Assembly: GCA_964016885.1 (NCBI GenBank)
Contig: OZ024750.1
Location: forward strand, 40,858,001 to 40,922,000
Length of the DNA stretch: 64,000 bases
Reading direction: 5' to 3'
From: Eledone cirrhosa
Taxonomy: Eukaryota
In this document: piece after piece, positions 39,083-51,988 of the stretch
Layout of the letters: the number at the start of each line of letters is the position of its first letter
Numbering within the stretch: the stretch's first letter is position 1
Notes under the pieces: generated by a model
Seen by the model: the letters and a program-made list of their open reading frames with translations, nothing else
Told to the model about the DNA's origin: nothing
The model's database searches: none
Program-made: the position numbers and the translations under genes

Positions 39083-39395
39083 ATGCCATCCAGTGCAGCC
39101 TCGCGCCAGCTCGACCAGCACCGCCTTGCCTGCTTTCGTGCGGCCTCCAAACCCCACAATGGTGCCTGGCTCCAAGCCCTGCCCTCCTTCTCCACTGGCA
39201 TGCAGCTAGACAACAATAGCCTGCGCATCAGCGTTTCCTTGAGGCTCAGTCTCCAGATCTGCGAGCCACACCAATGTCGCTGTGGATCAACCGTGGACTC
39301 TTTTGGCCTCCACCTGCTTCCCTGTTGCCACAGTGCCGGCCGCCTTCCACACCATATTGCCCTCAATGAGGTCATCGCGTAACATCGCGTAACAT
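39083..39395 (+). mobile_element. Fragment of a CRE-like (RLE-type) non-LTR retrotransposon, zinc-knuckle region
   Basis: GAWLQALP..GMQLDN..LRISVSLRL..ICEPHQCRCG..VDSFGLH.L.C..SAGR..H..LN; ends in a catcgcgtaa duplication. Confidence 0.75.
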
Positions 39396-39845
39396 TCCAT
39401 ATTTAGGTATCCTGTATTTAATTATATACTCATACAGTAATGAAATAATTCTTATTTATTTATGCAAATTCTCCCCCCCCCCCCCGCCTTTTGATGTTTG
39501 TTTGTTTTTTTAATAACAATCAAATGCACATCAAAGAATATATCTTTTGTGTTGTTGATTGTTAAAGACTCCTTTGTTGACATGTAGTGTCAATGTTTCT
39601 GTTGATGGTGGGGATGACATCTGAGCAGACTAACACTGAAGTGTTTAGAAGTAACGTACAAACCTTTTAGTCAATATATGTTATTGCTTAATTTGGTCTG
39701 ACACAGCACTGAGCAGACTAACATTTGTGTTTGGAAGTAACGTACAGACCTTTTAGTCAATATATGTTATTGCTTAGTTTGGTCTGGTACAACTCTGTAC
39801 TATGTGTCATAAAATAATTGTTTCAAGCACATAAAATAATTGTTT

Positions 39846-41102
39846 CAAGCCACTCTACTTGGCATTTGTCGACCTTGAGAAAGCCTTTGACAGAGTTCCA
39901 CGTGCAGTAATCTGGTGGGCTCTTAGAAAACTAGGAGTAGATGAATGGCTTGTGAAAGCGGTACAAGCCATGTATAGGGGAGCAGTCAGCAAAGTTAGGA
40001 TTGGCAATGAGTATAGCGAGGAATTTAGCGTACAGGTTGGGGTCCACCAGGGCTCTGTTCTTAGCCCTCTCCTGTTCATCATAGTCCTGCAGGCAATAAC
40101 GGAGGAGTTTAAGACCGGATGCCCATGGGAACTCCTGTATGCTGATGACCTCGCACTCATAGCTGAATCTATGGTAGAACTAGAGAATAAATTCCAAACC
40201 TGGAAGCAGGGACTAGAGAGAAAGGGCCTCAAAGTCAACATGACAAAGACTAAGGTCCTTGTAAGTAGACGAGAAAACAGAACCCAGATCCCCTCAGGGA
40301 AATGGCCTTGCTCAGTATGTAGGAAAGGTGTAGGTAGGAACTCCATTCTCTGCCCCAAATGCAAACAATGGGTACACAAGAGATGTAGCAGGATCTCAGG
40401 AAGCTTAAGAATGTAGGATTCACATGCAGCAGCTGTGCTGAAACAGCAAGCAAACAGCCACAGGAAACAAGTACCACCAATCTCTGGGAGGGCCCTGTAG
40501 AAACAGTAGACAGCTTCTGCTACCTAGGTGACCGAATTAGCAACGGAGGTGGGTGCTCAGAAAGTACAATAACTAGGGTAAGAACGGGATGGAAGAAGTT
40601 TAGGGAACTACTACCACTGCTAGCTGCAAAAGGCTTCTCCCTCAGAATGAAAGGCAGACTGTATGATGCGTGTATCCGAACAGCGATGTTGCATGGTAGT
40701 GAGACCTGGGCGCTGAAGGTGGAAGACTTACGTAGATTAGAGAGAAACGAAGCCTGCATGCTCCGATGGATGTGTAACAGTAATATACGTGAACGACAAA
40801 GCATAAAGGAATTGAGAGAGAGACTGAGCATAAGAGGAATCAAATGCTGCGTGCAGGAGAGGCGGTTACGCTGGTATGGACATGTGATGCGTATGAAGGA
40901 TGACAGCTGCATAAAAAGGTGCAGAGCACTAGAAGTTGATGGAAACCGCGGAGTGGGGAGACCCAAGATGACTTGGGATGAGGTGATAAAAGCCGACCTT
41001 ACCCAACTACACCTCTCAAAGTCAATGACACACGACCGTGACTTCTGGCGTCACGCAGTAATACAGGGTACCCGACCTCCCATGGGTACATGCTGAAGCA
41101 TA
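39846..41102 (+). mobile_element. RTE LINE copy nearly identical to 1-1260, frameshifted
   Basis: Same protein; a 4-bp loss near 40405 (cttaattaagaat to cttaagaat) splits it into ORFs 39859..40416 and 40647..41096. Confidence 0.93.
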
Positions 41103-41139
41103 TAAACAATATGCCCCCCCCCCCCCCACCCCCCACCGC

Positions 41140-41410
41140 AAGGTGGCCGTGGAGGTGCCACGGCAAAAAAGCACCCAGCCCACACTGTAAAGTGGACGTG
41201 TAGGCGCCACGAAAAAGCACCCAGCACTCACTGTAAATGAGGTTGGTGTTAGGAAGGGCATCCAGCTGTAGAAATCAAGCCAGATCAGTTCCTGTATGAG
41301 CAAGGCATGGTCAGCCGACCAGACACTGCCCACAACAGGACAACCCGTCTAACCCATGCTAGCGTGGAAGAACGGACGTAAAACGGTGATGATGATGATG
41401 ATGATGATGA
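41140..41410 (+). mobile_element. 5'-truncated SINE A-related copy with alternative tail
   Basis: SINE A body up to gtagaaatcaagccag, then a different spacer and acccatgctagcgtggaagaacggacg tail. Confidence 0.75.
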
Positions 41411-41418
41411 CATTATCA

Positions 41419-41608
41419 CTGGGTGAATTGGCAGTATCGGTAGAGGGTCGGACGCCATGCTTTGATGCATAGAGTTACGGCCCTTGCCATTCTGAGTTCA
41501 AATCCCGCCGAGGTTAACTTTGCCTTTCATCCTTACGGGGTCGATAAAATAAAGTACCAGTAATGTACTGGGTAATTGCTGGCCTTGTGCTGAAAGTAGA
41601 AACAATTA
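41419..41608 (+). mobile_element. SINE family B
   Basis: Matches 9852-10033. Confidence 0.85.
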
Positions 41609-41713
41609 TCACTGTTAGAATATCCTACTTTACTGGTTTCATTTATTGGGTTGAGGCCACCCAGGGATGAAGTCAATTATATCAACCCCAATAACCTATT
41701 TCATTCAGTTTAG

Positions 41714-41918
41714 TACAGAAGAACCTCTCATCATGAACAAATTGGTTCATCAACAATTTTTCCCAACTTAAAACGTTTCGTTTCATGAATAGTCTTTTGA
41801 GTAAAGAACATGAAACCCGGCAACAATGGTTGGTGACAAGCTGGGAGTATCAGCAGGAAAGTGTCACTTGCTGTGTAGTTAGTTACTATGGTGATATCTA
41901 TCTGTCTTTAATATACCA

Positions 41919-41955
<37 letters not shown>

Positions 41956-42051
41956 ATATCTTATGGGGAAAATAGTTTCAGTTTATGTACATTTCAGGTG
42001 CTGAATGACCTTCAGGAATAAATTAATTTTGTGAACCAAGGTTCCACTGTA
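41714..42051. mobile_element. Tigger/pogo-like MITE
   Basis: tacagaagaacct ... aggttccactgta termini, TA flanks. Confidence 0.55.
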
Positions 42052-42081
42052 ACTGTTATATCAGTCATTATTTATTGAATA

Positions 42082-42648
42082 CTAGCAGTGGTACCCGGCG
42101 TTGCATGGGGTAAGGTATTGTGAAATATATAACCGCCTTAGCTAAGCTTAGTATTGCCACAACCACGGCTGGCAAAGAAGTAAGGGTCTGGTGGTACGTA
42201 AGTAAAGAACACTGTGGCTTAAGGGTCTGGTGGTACGTAAGTAAGCAACACTGTGGCTTAAAACGTGAGGAAGGAGTTGTGTGCACTTACCAACTGTTTG
42301 GGGGATGCATGTGAGATTTGTCTTGAGCAAGGGTGGCAGAATAACCGGAGGCAGCAGACAGCCAGACATACAGACAGATATTATAAGGGCGCGACGTTAT
42401 ATGTATGTATCTATCTAAAAAGAGAAAGACTAAGAATTATAGAGAGAGATGGCTAAATCGCCTAATGTGGTCCTTAGGGCATTGAAAATTAGAATTTTTT
42501 TTTTGCTCAGAACACTCTCTGAAACATAAGTATTACATGTGTAAAGTTTGAAAACATTCGGTTGGGTGTTTCTCTAGTTTTAGGGATTCAAACTCACTCA
42601 CACACACACACACACACACACAGACATCCTCAGTTTTATATATATAGA
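42082..42648 (-). mobile_element. Non-autonomous Helitron
   Basis: Minus strand starts TCTATATATATAAAA plus (TG)n and ends with a GC-rich hairpin followed by CTAG; inserted between A and T with no TSD. Confidence 0.8.
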
Positions 42649-42679
42649 TGTAAGTTACATCACAATTTTATGCCATTAC

Positions 42680-43099
42680 ATATAGACACATGCATATATA
42701 GACACACACAGACATACATGCACAGACACACTTGCACAGACAGACAGACACATACAGACAGACACATACAGACAGACACATACAGACAGACACATACAGA
42801 CAGACACACACAGACAGACACACACAGACAGACACACACAGACAGACACACACAGATAGACACACACAGATAGACACACACAGATAGACACACACAGATA
42901 GACACACACAGATAGACACACACAGATAGACACACAGACAGACACACACAGATAGACACACACAGATACACACACACACACAGAAGAGACTTAAACGGTC
43001 AGGAAAAGCAACTGGCTGTAAAATATTGACTTGAAAAATCATGTCTAACCCATGCCAGATGAGGATCACACACACACACACATATATATGTATGTATAA

Positions 43100-43152
<53 letters not shown>

Positions 43153-43221
43153 ATGTATATATATATATATATGTGTGTGTGTGCGTATGTATATATATAT
43201 ATATGTGTGTGTGTGTGTATG

Positions 43222-43252
<31 letters not shown>

Positions 43253-43589
43253 ATGTATATATATATATGTGTGTGTGTATATATATATATAATTATATGT
43301 ATATGTATGTATGCATATATATATATGTATATGTGTGTATATGTATGTATGCATATATATATATATGTATATGTGTGTATATGTATGTATGCATATATAT
43401 ATATATGTATATGTGTGTATGTGTATATATATGTATATGTGTGTGTATATATATATATATGTGTGTGTGTGTATATATATATATATGTATATGTGTGTAT
43501 ATGTATATGTGTGTATATATATATATATGTATATGTGTGTATATGTATATGTGTATATATGTATATATGTGTGTATATGTATATATGTA

Positions 43590-43620
<31 letters not shown>

Positions 43621-43670
43621 TTGTGTGTGTGTGTATATATATATCTGTATATATATGTGTATATATATAT
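42680..43670. repeat. (CAGA/CA)n and (TA/TG)n microsatellites
   Basis: Direct reading. Confidence 0.92.
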
Positions 43671-44392
43671 AGGAAAAAGTTGAAAATGCAATTGGAGTCT
43701 TTAAGAAAATTTATTAATAATAACTTAATCAGTTTCACAGTTGTATGATTTTCAAAAGTTAAGTGAGATGGAGAGATGTAGCTGTAATGTCTCACATAGT
43801 TTGGGAAAACTGTTTTATGCCAAAACCTGGCTCAGATTATTATCTGTTTAAGCTACAACTGGATTGGTTGTAGAAGATCATGTGATTAAGTATAGAGTTT
43901 CGTTATAGTTTTTTGTGCCAAGAATTAATGATTATGGGTTTAGGCATAGAATTTTCTTGTTGATTTAGCACCAAAAATTGGGAGTGTTATGATTCAGTGA
44001 ATATGGCTAGTGACAATCCTGTAACGAATATATATACTAGCTGGCCCCATCAACAATGGTGGCTAATTGTAATATCTATACATAATATAAAAAAGAGATG
44101 TTTGTTTGTTTGTTGGTTGGTTTGATTGGTTCCTTTGAGCTCACTCACACCAGTGATCCTTCCTCAGTCTTCACATAGATGTGTGTGTATGTAATAATTA
44201 TTTTTTTAAGTGTATCTGTTTATATCATCATCATCATCATCATCATTGTTTAACGTCCATCTTCCACGCTAGCATGGGTTAGTATGTATGTATGTATGTA
44301 TGTGTAAATGCATGTGTGTTTGTAATTCTATTGTCTATGTATCTTTCTAAATAAACACACACAAACATACATATACTCACACAAATATTTTA

Positions 44393-44690
44393 TCATCATT
44401 TCATTTTACGTCCACTTTTCCCTGCTTGCAAGGGTGGGATGGGAACTGATGCTGGCTTGATTTCTACAGCCGGATGCCCTTCCTAACACCAACCTCATTT
44501 ACAGTGAGTGCTGGGTGCTTTTTTTCCGTGGCACCTCCACGACCACTTTGCAGTGGAATGATAGGGACCCCAGTCCCTATCATCTCATTTCTACAGCTGA
44601 GTAAACTGGAGCAATGTGAAATAAAGTGTCTTGCTCAAGGAAACAACACATCACTCGGTCTGAGAATTGACCTCACAACCTTTCGATTGC
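44393..44690 (-). mobile_element. SINE family A, head truncated
   Basis: Reverse complement of the family A body and tail. Confidence 0.85.
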
Positions 44691-44952
44691 ATTATGAATA
44701 TAGTTTACAAAACACACATATACACACTCACAAATACTCACATAGTCATAACAGCAAATATGTGTAGCCAGTTTGCTTTACATATACACACATAGGGATA
44801 GCGAATGTTGGACACTGCTTAGACATCTCTTCCTTCCTCAGTCATCTCTAGGGTGTGACAGACAAATACACATTGGATTTATATTAGTAGATATCTTGCA
44901 AGCAAGGAAAAGCGGACGTAAAATGATGATGATATATATATATATATATATA

Positions 44953-45256
44953 TGCTTGCAAGGGTGGGATGGGAACTGATTCTGGCTTGATTTCTACAGC
45001 TGGATGCCCTTCCTAACACCAACCTCATTTACAGTGAGTGCTGGGTGCTTTCTTTCCGTGGCACCTACATGTCCACTTTGCAGTGGAATGATATGGACCC
45101 CAGTCCCTATCATCTCATTTCTACAGATGAGTAAACTGGAGCAATGTGAAATAAAGTGTCTTGCTCAAGGAAATAACACATCACCCAGTCTGAGAATTGA
45201 ACTCACAACCTTTCGATTGCAAGGCCAATGCTCTAACCACTAAGCCATGTGCCTCC
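44953..45256 (-). mobile_element. SINE family A
   Basis: Head intact at 45256; tail cut by (TA)n. Confidence 0.85.
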
Positions 45257-45477
45257 ATACACACACACATTATTCTGTCTGTAGAAGTCCATTCACTAAA
45301 CATTGGTGAATGCTGTGTGTTTATTTTGGTCTGTTGTCTGGGAGGGTTTTTGTGGGAAAGAAGATTTTGCTGGTCACCACAGCAGGGATTAGACAAGGTG
45401 GACTTAGCCAGTAAATTTATTGGTTGTGATTCCTTAGGATTCGTGACAAATCTAACACAGAGCTTAGAACTATTGTA

Positions 45478-45514
45478 GCTACTACTACTGCCACTACTAC
45501 TGCTACTACTACTG

Positions 45515-45545
<31 letters not shown>

Positions 45546-45785
45546 CACTACTATTACTACCACTACTATTACTACCACTACTATTACTACCACTACTACC
45601 ACCATCACTACTACCACCACTACTACTACTACTACTACTACCATCACCACTGCTACTACCACCACTACCACCACCACCACCACCACTGCTGGTGATAGTG
45701 GTATTGGTAGTAGTAGTAGTGGTGGTGGTAGTAGCAGTGGTGATGGTAGTAGTAGTGATGGTGGTAGTAGTGGTAGTATTAGTAA
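45478..45785. repeat. (CTA/CAC)n abutting (TAG/TGG)n, head-to-head microsatellite
   Basis: Polarity switches at ~45690. Confidence 0.85.
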
Positions 45786-46702
45786 TTTTTTTCTGTTCAC
45801 ACGATTCTTATGTTTGAAGCCAATGTCGAGACGGTGTTTTGATGTTGTAGTTACTGTTGTAGTTATTATTAACATGGCTAGATAGTTGTGGTTGTTTAGG
45901 GTATAATTACTATTGATATTACAACCACAAACATATGTGGAGTTGCTTTTTGTTGTTTAGCCCCAGGTCAGCTTTCATCAAGCAGACCCCATGATCAAAG
46001 TATACCCACCATAATCATGCCATCTTATTTCCAGACACACTGTATCCACGACTACATTATCCGGCATCATATTCTTTTATTTTATTGATTTATTTTTGAA
46101 GAATGGTAAAATGTTATTCGAAGAGAATGTAGCTACTATCTCTAGCAGGTTGAGCAGTCATGTATAGGCCCCCATCAATGGTTCATGTGGAGTGAATTGA
46201 CAGGAATAGTGGTGTCCGACTGAATGTGTTCTGAGTTCAGATTTCAATGGAGTTGTCTTTGCCTTTTTATCCTGTTTAGTTAGTAAAGTACCAGTAATAA
46301 ACTGGTGTCAGTTTTTTAAAACATATACATTCATCATTTTGCCATATTAGTGATCTTTATTTGTTTGAGAGTGAAGGAGCTTATAAACATGTTACTAAGG
46401 TTTCTGTTGTGGGGAGGGGGATAACCCCCTCCCCGTAACTAAAAGTGGACTAGGTGAAAAGTGTATAAATAATAACTGAAGTGAGCTGTCATGGAGGGGG
46501 GGGGGGGGCTGTGTCTACGGAGTCGGAGTCTCGTAGTAGTCTCTCGCTGGTAGTTTGGAATTACATCTGGTGAATACCTTGGGTGTTACCTTCGTTTTGT
46601 ACAGATATACAAAACAGGTGTGTCACACCATCATAACAGTTTCATATAGATTTCCTGCCCTACTTTACCATATTATTATTATTATTATTATTATTATTAT
46701 GA

Positions 46703-46884
46703 GGGCGGTGGATTGACGGTATCAGTAGAGGGTCGGACACCATGCTTTGACGCATGGAGTTACAGCCCTTGCCATTCTGAGTTCAAATCCTGCCAAGGTT
46801 GACTTTGCCTTTCATCCTTACGGGGTCGATAAAATAAAGTACCAGTAATGTACTGGGATAATTGCTGGCCTTGTGCCAAAAGTA
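46703..46884 (+). mobile_element. SINE family B directly after (TAT)n
   Basis: Family B consensus match; upstream (tat)n at 46671-46700. Confidence 0.85.
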
Positions 46885-46944
46885 TTGGATACCCAATTGT
46901 GAGGTTGTGAGTTCCATTCCCACACTGGGTGATGCGTTATGTCC

Positions 46945-47191
46945 TTAACGTAATGTGAATGCTAAAGAACTTTAGCATTCACATTACTCTATATATACTA
47001 TTATATTTTCATGGTAAAGGCTTTACCTCACATAATTATCTCACATAATATTGAAGCTATAAGATTTTGAAAGTATTTATTTTGAGAACAATACCTTAAC
47101 ATCAGTTTGAGTGACCAGTTACAGCCAGTTTCAACAGAAAAAAGTAGAGAATTCTGGCCGGTTTGGGCCGGTTTGAACATTAAAGGGTTAA
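46945..47191 (+). mobile_element. MITE family P inserted at TTAA in a SINE D copy; left end folded back
   Basis: SINE D sequence resumes after ...aaagggttaa. Confidence 0.8.
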
Positions 47192-47273
47192 TATCATATT
47201 ACTCTTCCAGCCAGGAGTTGCAACTGGTAGATAGTATCAGCAATGGAAAGACCAATGGAAACATTGCTTCCTT

Positions 47274-47531
47274 GGTCTGATTTGACAAGTACCACTCCAC
47301 TTGGTTAGAGAGTGAGGTCTGATTTGACAAGTTCCACTCCACTTGGTGAGTGAGTGAGGTCTGATTTGACAAGTTCCACTCCACTTGGTGAGTGAGTGAG
47401 GTCTGATTTGACAAGTTCCACTCCACTTAGTGAGTGAGTGAGGTCTGATTTGACAAGTTCCACTCCACTTGCTGAGTGAGCGAGGTTTGATTTGACAAGT
47501 TCCACTCCACTTGGTGAGTGAGTGAGGTCTG
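47274..47531. repeat. 42-bp tandem repeat (~6 copies) inside the SINE D body
   Basis: Unit ggtctgatttgacaagttccactccacttggtgagtgagtga, homologous to single-copy 13969-14015. Confidence 0.85.
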
Positions 47532-48261
47532 GGATCTTGTTGATTGATTATTACAATGAACAACACACTTTTTGCTGACTTAGGTTTTGCTGTTGTTTTT
47601 AGCTAATTTTGAGGTGCTGGTTTCAAATATTGCCTCCATTCCACCCTCACACATCAGGTTTTCATGTTTGTCTTTCACTCAGCTATCCCATAAACACAGG
47701 AAACACGGATATTCTGTATACTCTCCTTGGTGGCCAAGTAAAAACTTGACATCATAGAAAAAAAAATATTGTTATTTTTAAACTCAGGGGCCCCAAATTA
47801 CTCAACTTTAGGCCAGCAGAAAAAAAGCTTGTGGGTGGGGCCAATATGGACCAGCCCATAGATAAAAAAAACTTGACGTGATAAAAAAAAGCATCATTTT
47901 TAAACTCAGGGGCCCCAAATTAAACAAGAACTGGTCTCAAACTTAGGTCAGCAGAAAAAAAGCAAAATTTTGTTGACCAGTGTTATTAAGTACCAGTAAT
48001 GCACTGGGTAATTGCTGGCCTTGTGTCTAAAGTAGAAACAATTATTTTACACCTGCTCTTGCCTGTGTTAGATCCTTTCCAACACAGCCTCCCTCAACTC
48101 ACAATGTTCCTTCGTCATCTCTCCTGCGAGGTTCAATGTTTTGAGACCAGATCTAACTAGATTTTTCTAGATCTTCCCTTACTATAGATTCTAATGGCAT
48201 CTCCTGCCACTTCTTCACCTAGCGCTCCTCATTCATATGCATCACATTGTTATTGTTATCA

Positions 48262-48855
48262 CGGTGGATTGGCAGAATTGGTAGTGCATTGGACAACATG
48301 CTTAGCGGCATAGAGTTATTGCTCTTTAAGTTCTGAGTTCAAATCCTGACAAGGTTAGCTTTGCCTTTCATCCTTACAGAGTCGATAAAATAAAGTACCA
48401 GTAACATACTGGGGTCGATTTAATCTATTTTCCCCTCCCCTGAAAATTGTTGGCCTTGTGCCTAAATCGGTGGATTGGCAGTATCGGTAGAGGGTCGGAC
48501 GCCATGCTTTGCAGCATAGTTACGTCCCTTTACAATCTGAGTTCAAATCCCGCCGAGGTTGACTTTGCCTTTCATCCTATGGGGTCGATAAAATAAAGTA
48601 CCAGTAATGCACTGGGGTATTTACTGGCCTTGTGCCAAAAGTAGAAACAATTATTATCATTTGGGATTGGCAGTATCAGTAGCGGGTCGGACGCCATGTT
48701 TAGCAGCATAGAGTTACGCCCCTTTATGGTCTGAGTTCAAATCCCGCCAAGGTTTACTTTGCCTTTCATCCTTACGAGGTCGATAAAATAAAGTACCAGT
48801 AATGCACTGTGGTAATTGCTGGCCTTGTGCCAAAAGTAGAAACAATTATTATTAT
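48262..48855 (+). mobile_element. Three head-to-tail SINE B copies
   Basis: Heads at ~48262, 48468 and 48664. Confidence 0.87.
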
Positions 48856-48858
48856 GAT

Positions 48859-49200
48859 GGAGGCACATGGCTTAGTGGTTAGAGCATTGGCCTTGCAATC
48901 GAAAGGTTGTGAGTTCAATTCTCAGACCGGGTGATATGTTGTTTCCTTGAGCAAGACACTTTATTTCACATTGCTCCAGTTTACTCAGTTGTAGAAATGA
49001 GATGATAGGGACTGGGGTCCCTATCATTCCACTCCAAAGTGGTCGTGGAGGTGCCACGGCAAAAAAGCACTCAGCACTCACTGTAAATGAGGTTGGTGTT
49101 AGGAAGGGCATCCAGCTGTAGAAATCAAGCCAGAATCAGTTCCCGTCCCACCCTTGCAAGCAGGGAAAAGCGGACGTAAAATGATGATGATGATGATGAT
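48859..49200 (+). mobile_element. SINE family A
   Basis: Full head to (GAT)n tail. Confidence 0.9.
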
Positions 49201-49481
49201 TGTGACAAACCCAAGAGTGAGTTGTAATCAATAACGAAGGGCTCAATTTTCATGTACCTTCCTTAGGATCCCTGTAGTTACCAATAATGTAATGGTTTTC
49301 TGTAATAGATCTATATGTATAGATCACATTTTGATCCCAATCTTCTCCAACCATAATTTCATTTTCTTTGTGATTATACCAAGGGTGCCTATTACAACAG
49401 CCATAATTTCATTTTTTTTTATTTTGTCTTTGTACTCTGCACTCTTGCAATTTCCCTCGATATTTCTCAACCTGTCCTTAT

Positions 49482-49514
<33 letters not shown>

Positions 49515-49799
49515 TTCTCTCTCTTTCTCTCTCTCTATCTATCTATCTATCTATCTCCCCCCCTCCTCCCTCTCCCCCTCTCTCCACCTCTCCTCCCTCT
49601 CTCTCTCCCCCTCTCCCCTCTCTCGCCCATTCTCTCTCTCCCCCTATTTCTCTCTACCCCCCTCTCTCTCTGTTGTCACCTGGAGATTCTACATCTATTA
49701 TTATGCTGCATCTTTCCTTTTTTTTTTCTTTCCAATAACAATGTCCGATTTTCTAGCATCAATCAGTTAATCAAATGGAATGTTGAAACCCCAAGTTTT

Positions 49800-51128
49800 T
49801 ATTTCCCTGTTCCCCTCCACTCGAATACGTTGTTGCCTCTTCCAATTATATTTCCCTGTTCCCCTCCACTCGAATACGTTGTTGCCTCTTCCAATTATAT
49901 TTCCCAGTTTCCCTCCACTCGAATACATTGTTGCCTCTTCCAATTATATTTCCCTGTTCCCCCTCCACTCGAATACGTTGTTGCCTCTTCCAATTATATT
50001 TCCCTGTTCCCCTCCACTCGAATACGTTGTTGCCTCTTCCAATTATATTTCCCAGTTTCCCTCCACTCGAATACGTTGTTGCCTCTTCCAATTATATTTC
50101 CCTGTTCCCCTCCACTCGAATACGTTGTTGCCTCTTCCAATTATATTTCCCTGTTCCCCTCCACTCGAATACGTTGTTGCCTCTTCCAATTATATTTCCC
50201 AGTTTCCCTCCACTCGAATACGTTGTTGCCTCTTCCAATTATATTTCCCAGTTTCCCTCCACTCGAATACGTTGTTGCCTCTTCCAATTATATTTCCCTG
50301 TCCCCCTCCACTCGAATACGTTGTTGCCTCTTCCAATTATATTTCCCTGTTCCCCCTCCACTCGAATACGTTGTTGCCTCTTCCAATTATATTTCCCTGT
50401 TCCCCTCCACTCGAATACGTTGTTGCCTCTTCCAATTATATTTCCCAGTTTCCCTCCACTCGAATACGTTGTTGCCTCTTCCAATTATATTTCCCTGTTC
50501 CCCCTCCACTCGCATACGTTGTTGCCTCTTCCAATTATATTTCCCTGTTCCCCTCCACTCGAGTACGTTGTTGCCTCTTCCAATTATATTTCCCTGTTCC
50601 CCCTCACTCGAATACGTTGTTGCCTCTTCCAATTATATTTCCCTGTTCCCCCTCACTCGAATACGTTGTTGCCTCTTCCAATTATATTTCCCTGTTCCCC
50701 CTCACTCGAATACGTTGTTGCCTCTTCCAATTATATTTCCCTGTTCCCCCTCACTCGAATACGTTGTTGACTCTTCCAATTATATTTCCCTGTTCCCCTC
50801 CACTCGAATAGATTGTTGCCTCTTCCAATTATATTTCCCTGTTCCCCCTCCACTCGAATACGTTGTTGACTCTTCCAATTATATTTCCCTGTTCCCCTCC
50901 ACTCGAATAGATTGTTGCCTCTTCCAATTATATTTCCCTGTTCCCCCTCCACTCAAATACGTTGTTGACTCTTCCAATTATATTTCCCTGTTCCCCTCCA
51001 CTCGAATAGATTGTTGCCTCTTCCAATTATATTTCCCTGTTCCCCTCCACTCGAATACGTTGTTGCCTCTTCCAATTATGTTTCCCTGTTCCCCTCCACT
51101 CGAGTACGCTGTTGCCTCTTCCAATTAT
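49800..51128. repeat. 49-bp minisatellite, ~27 copies
   Basis: Unit atttccctgttcccctccactcgaatacgttgttgcctcttccaattat. Confidence 0.97.
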
Positions 51129-51505
51129 CAGCTCAGCCAAAATTATATTTTCCTCGGGGAGGTCGGAAGGATTCGTTTCTGTCGTGTCATCCCTAGGGTT
51201 GGTGATCTATCTGATAAAGACACCCAGTACACCCTGTAAAATGGTTGGTGATAGAAAAGGCATTGAGATGTAGAAAGCATGCCAAACAAAGGGTTGGGAG
51301 AACCTTTCAGTTTAGTCAAAGACATGGCAACCTTTCTTGTGCTGGTGCCATTCTAAAATGCACTCAGTTGTGTGAGGTGTCATATACAAGTGAGATGTAA
51401 GCCTCTGATCCATCTCAGTTTGTGATGACCTGTCCAACCCTTTCCAGCAGAGAAAATAGAGATTAAATGATGGTGGTAACACAATTTCCAATGAACAATG
51501 TAGAC

Positions 51506-51988
51506 CAGGCATGTCAAACATGTGGCCCTTTACAAGCACGCCTGCGGCCCTTTACAACCACACCTGCGGCCCACACAAAGGTTTTTACAGTGCCAACATG
51601 TTTTATCTTTGTAATATAAAATTTTAAAGAAAGTGATGTAATGTGCGCAATTAGTTGTCATGTGTAGCCCTCAGACAACACATATGTGATCCATGTGGCC
51701 CTCAGACAACACATGTGTGACCCATGTAGCCCTCGGACAACACATATGTGACCCATGTGGCCCTCGGACAACACATGTGTGACCCATGTGGCCCTCAGAC
51801 AACACATGTGACGCATGTGGCCCTCGGACAACACATGTGTGACCCATGTGGACCTCGGACAACACATATGTGGCCCTCGGACAACACACATGTGACCCAT
51901 GTGGCCCTCGGACAACACATATGTGACCCATGTGGCCCTCGGACAACACATATGTGGCCCTCGGAGGACCTTCAGTTTGACATGCCTG
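51506..51988. mobile_element. hAT (Charlie-like) MITE with amplified subterminal ~31-bp repeats
   Basis: 14-bp TIR caggcatgtcaaac/gtttgacatgcctg; 8-bp TSD atgtagac/gtgtagac; internal tgtggccctcggacaacacat units. Confidence 0.85.

Noticed and set aside
47562-47986. Possible Chapaev-like DNA transposon remnant
   Set aside because: Only partial terminal inverted similarity and no clear TSD; class cannot be supported
49780-51239. Long ORFs in the 49-bp array
   Set aside because: Repeat translation in all three frames
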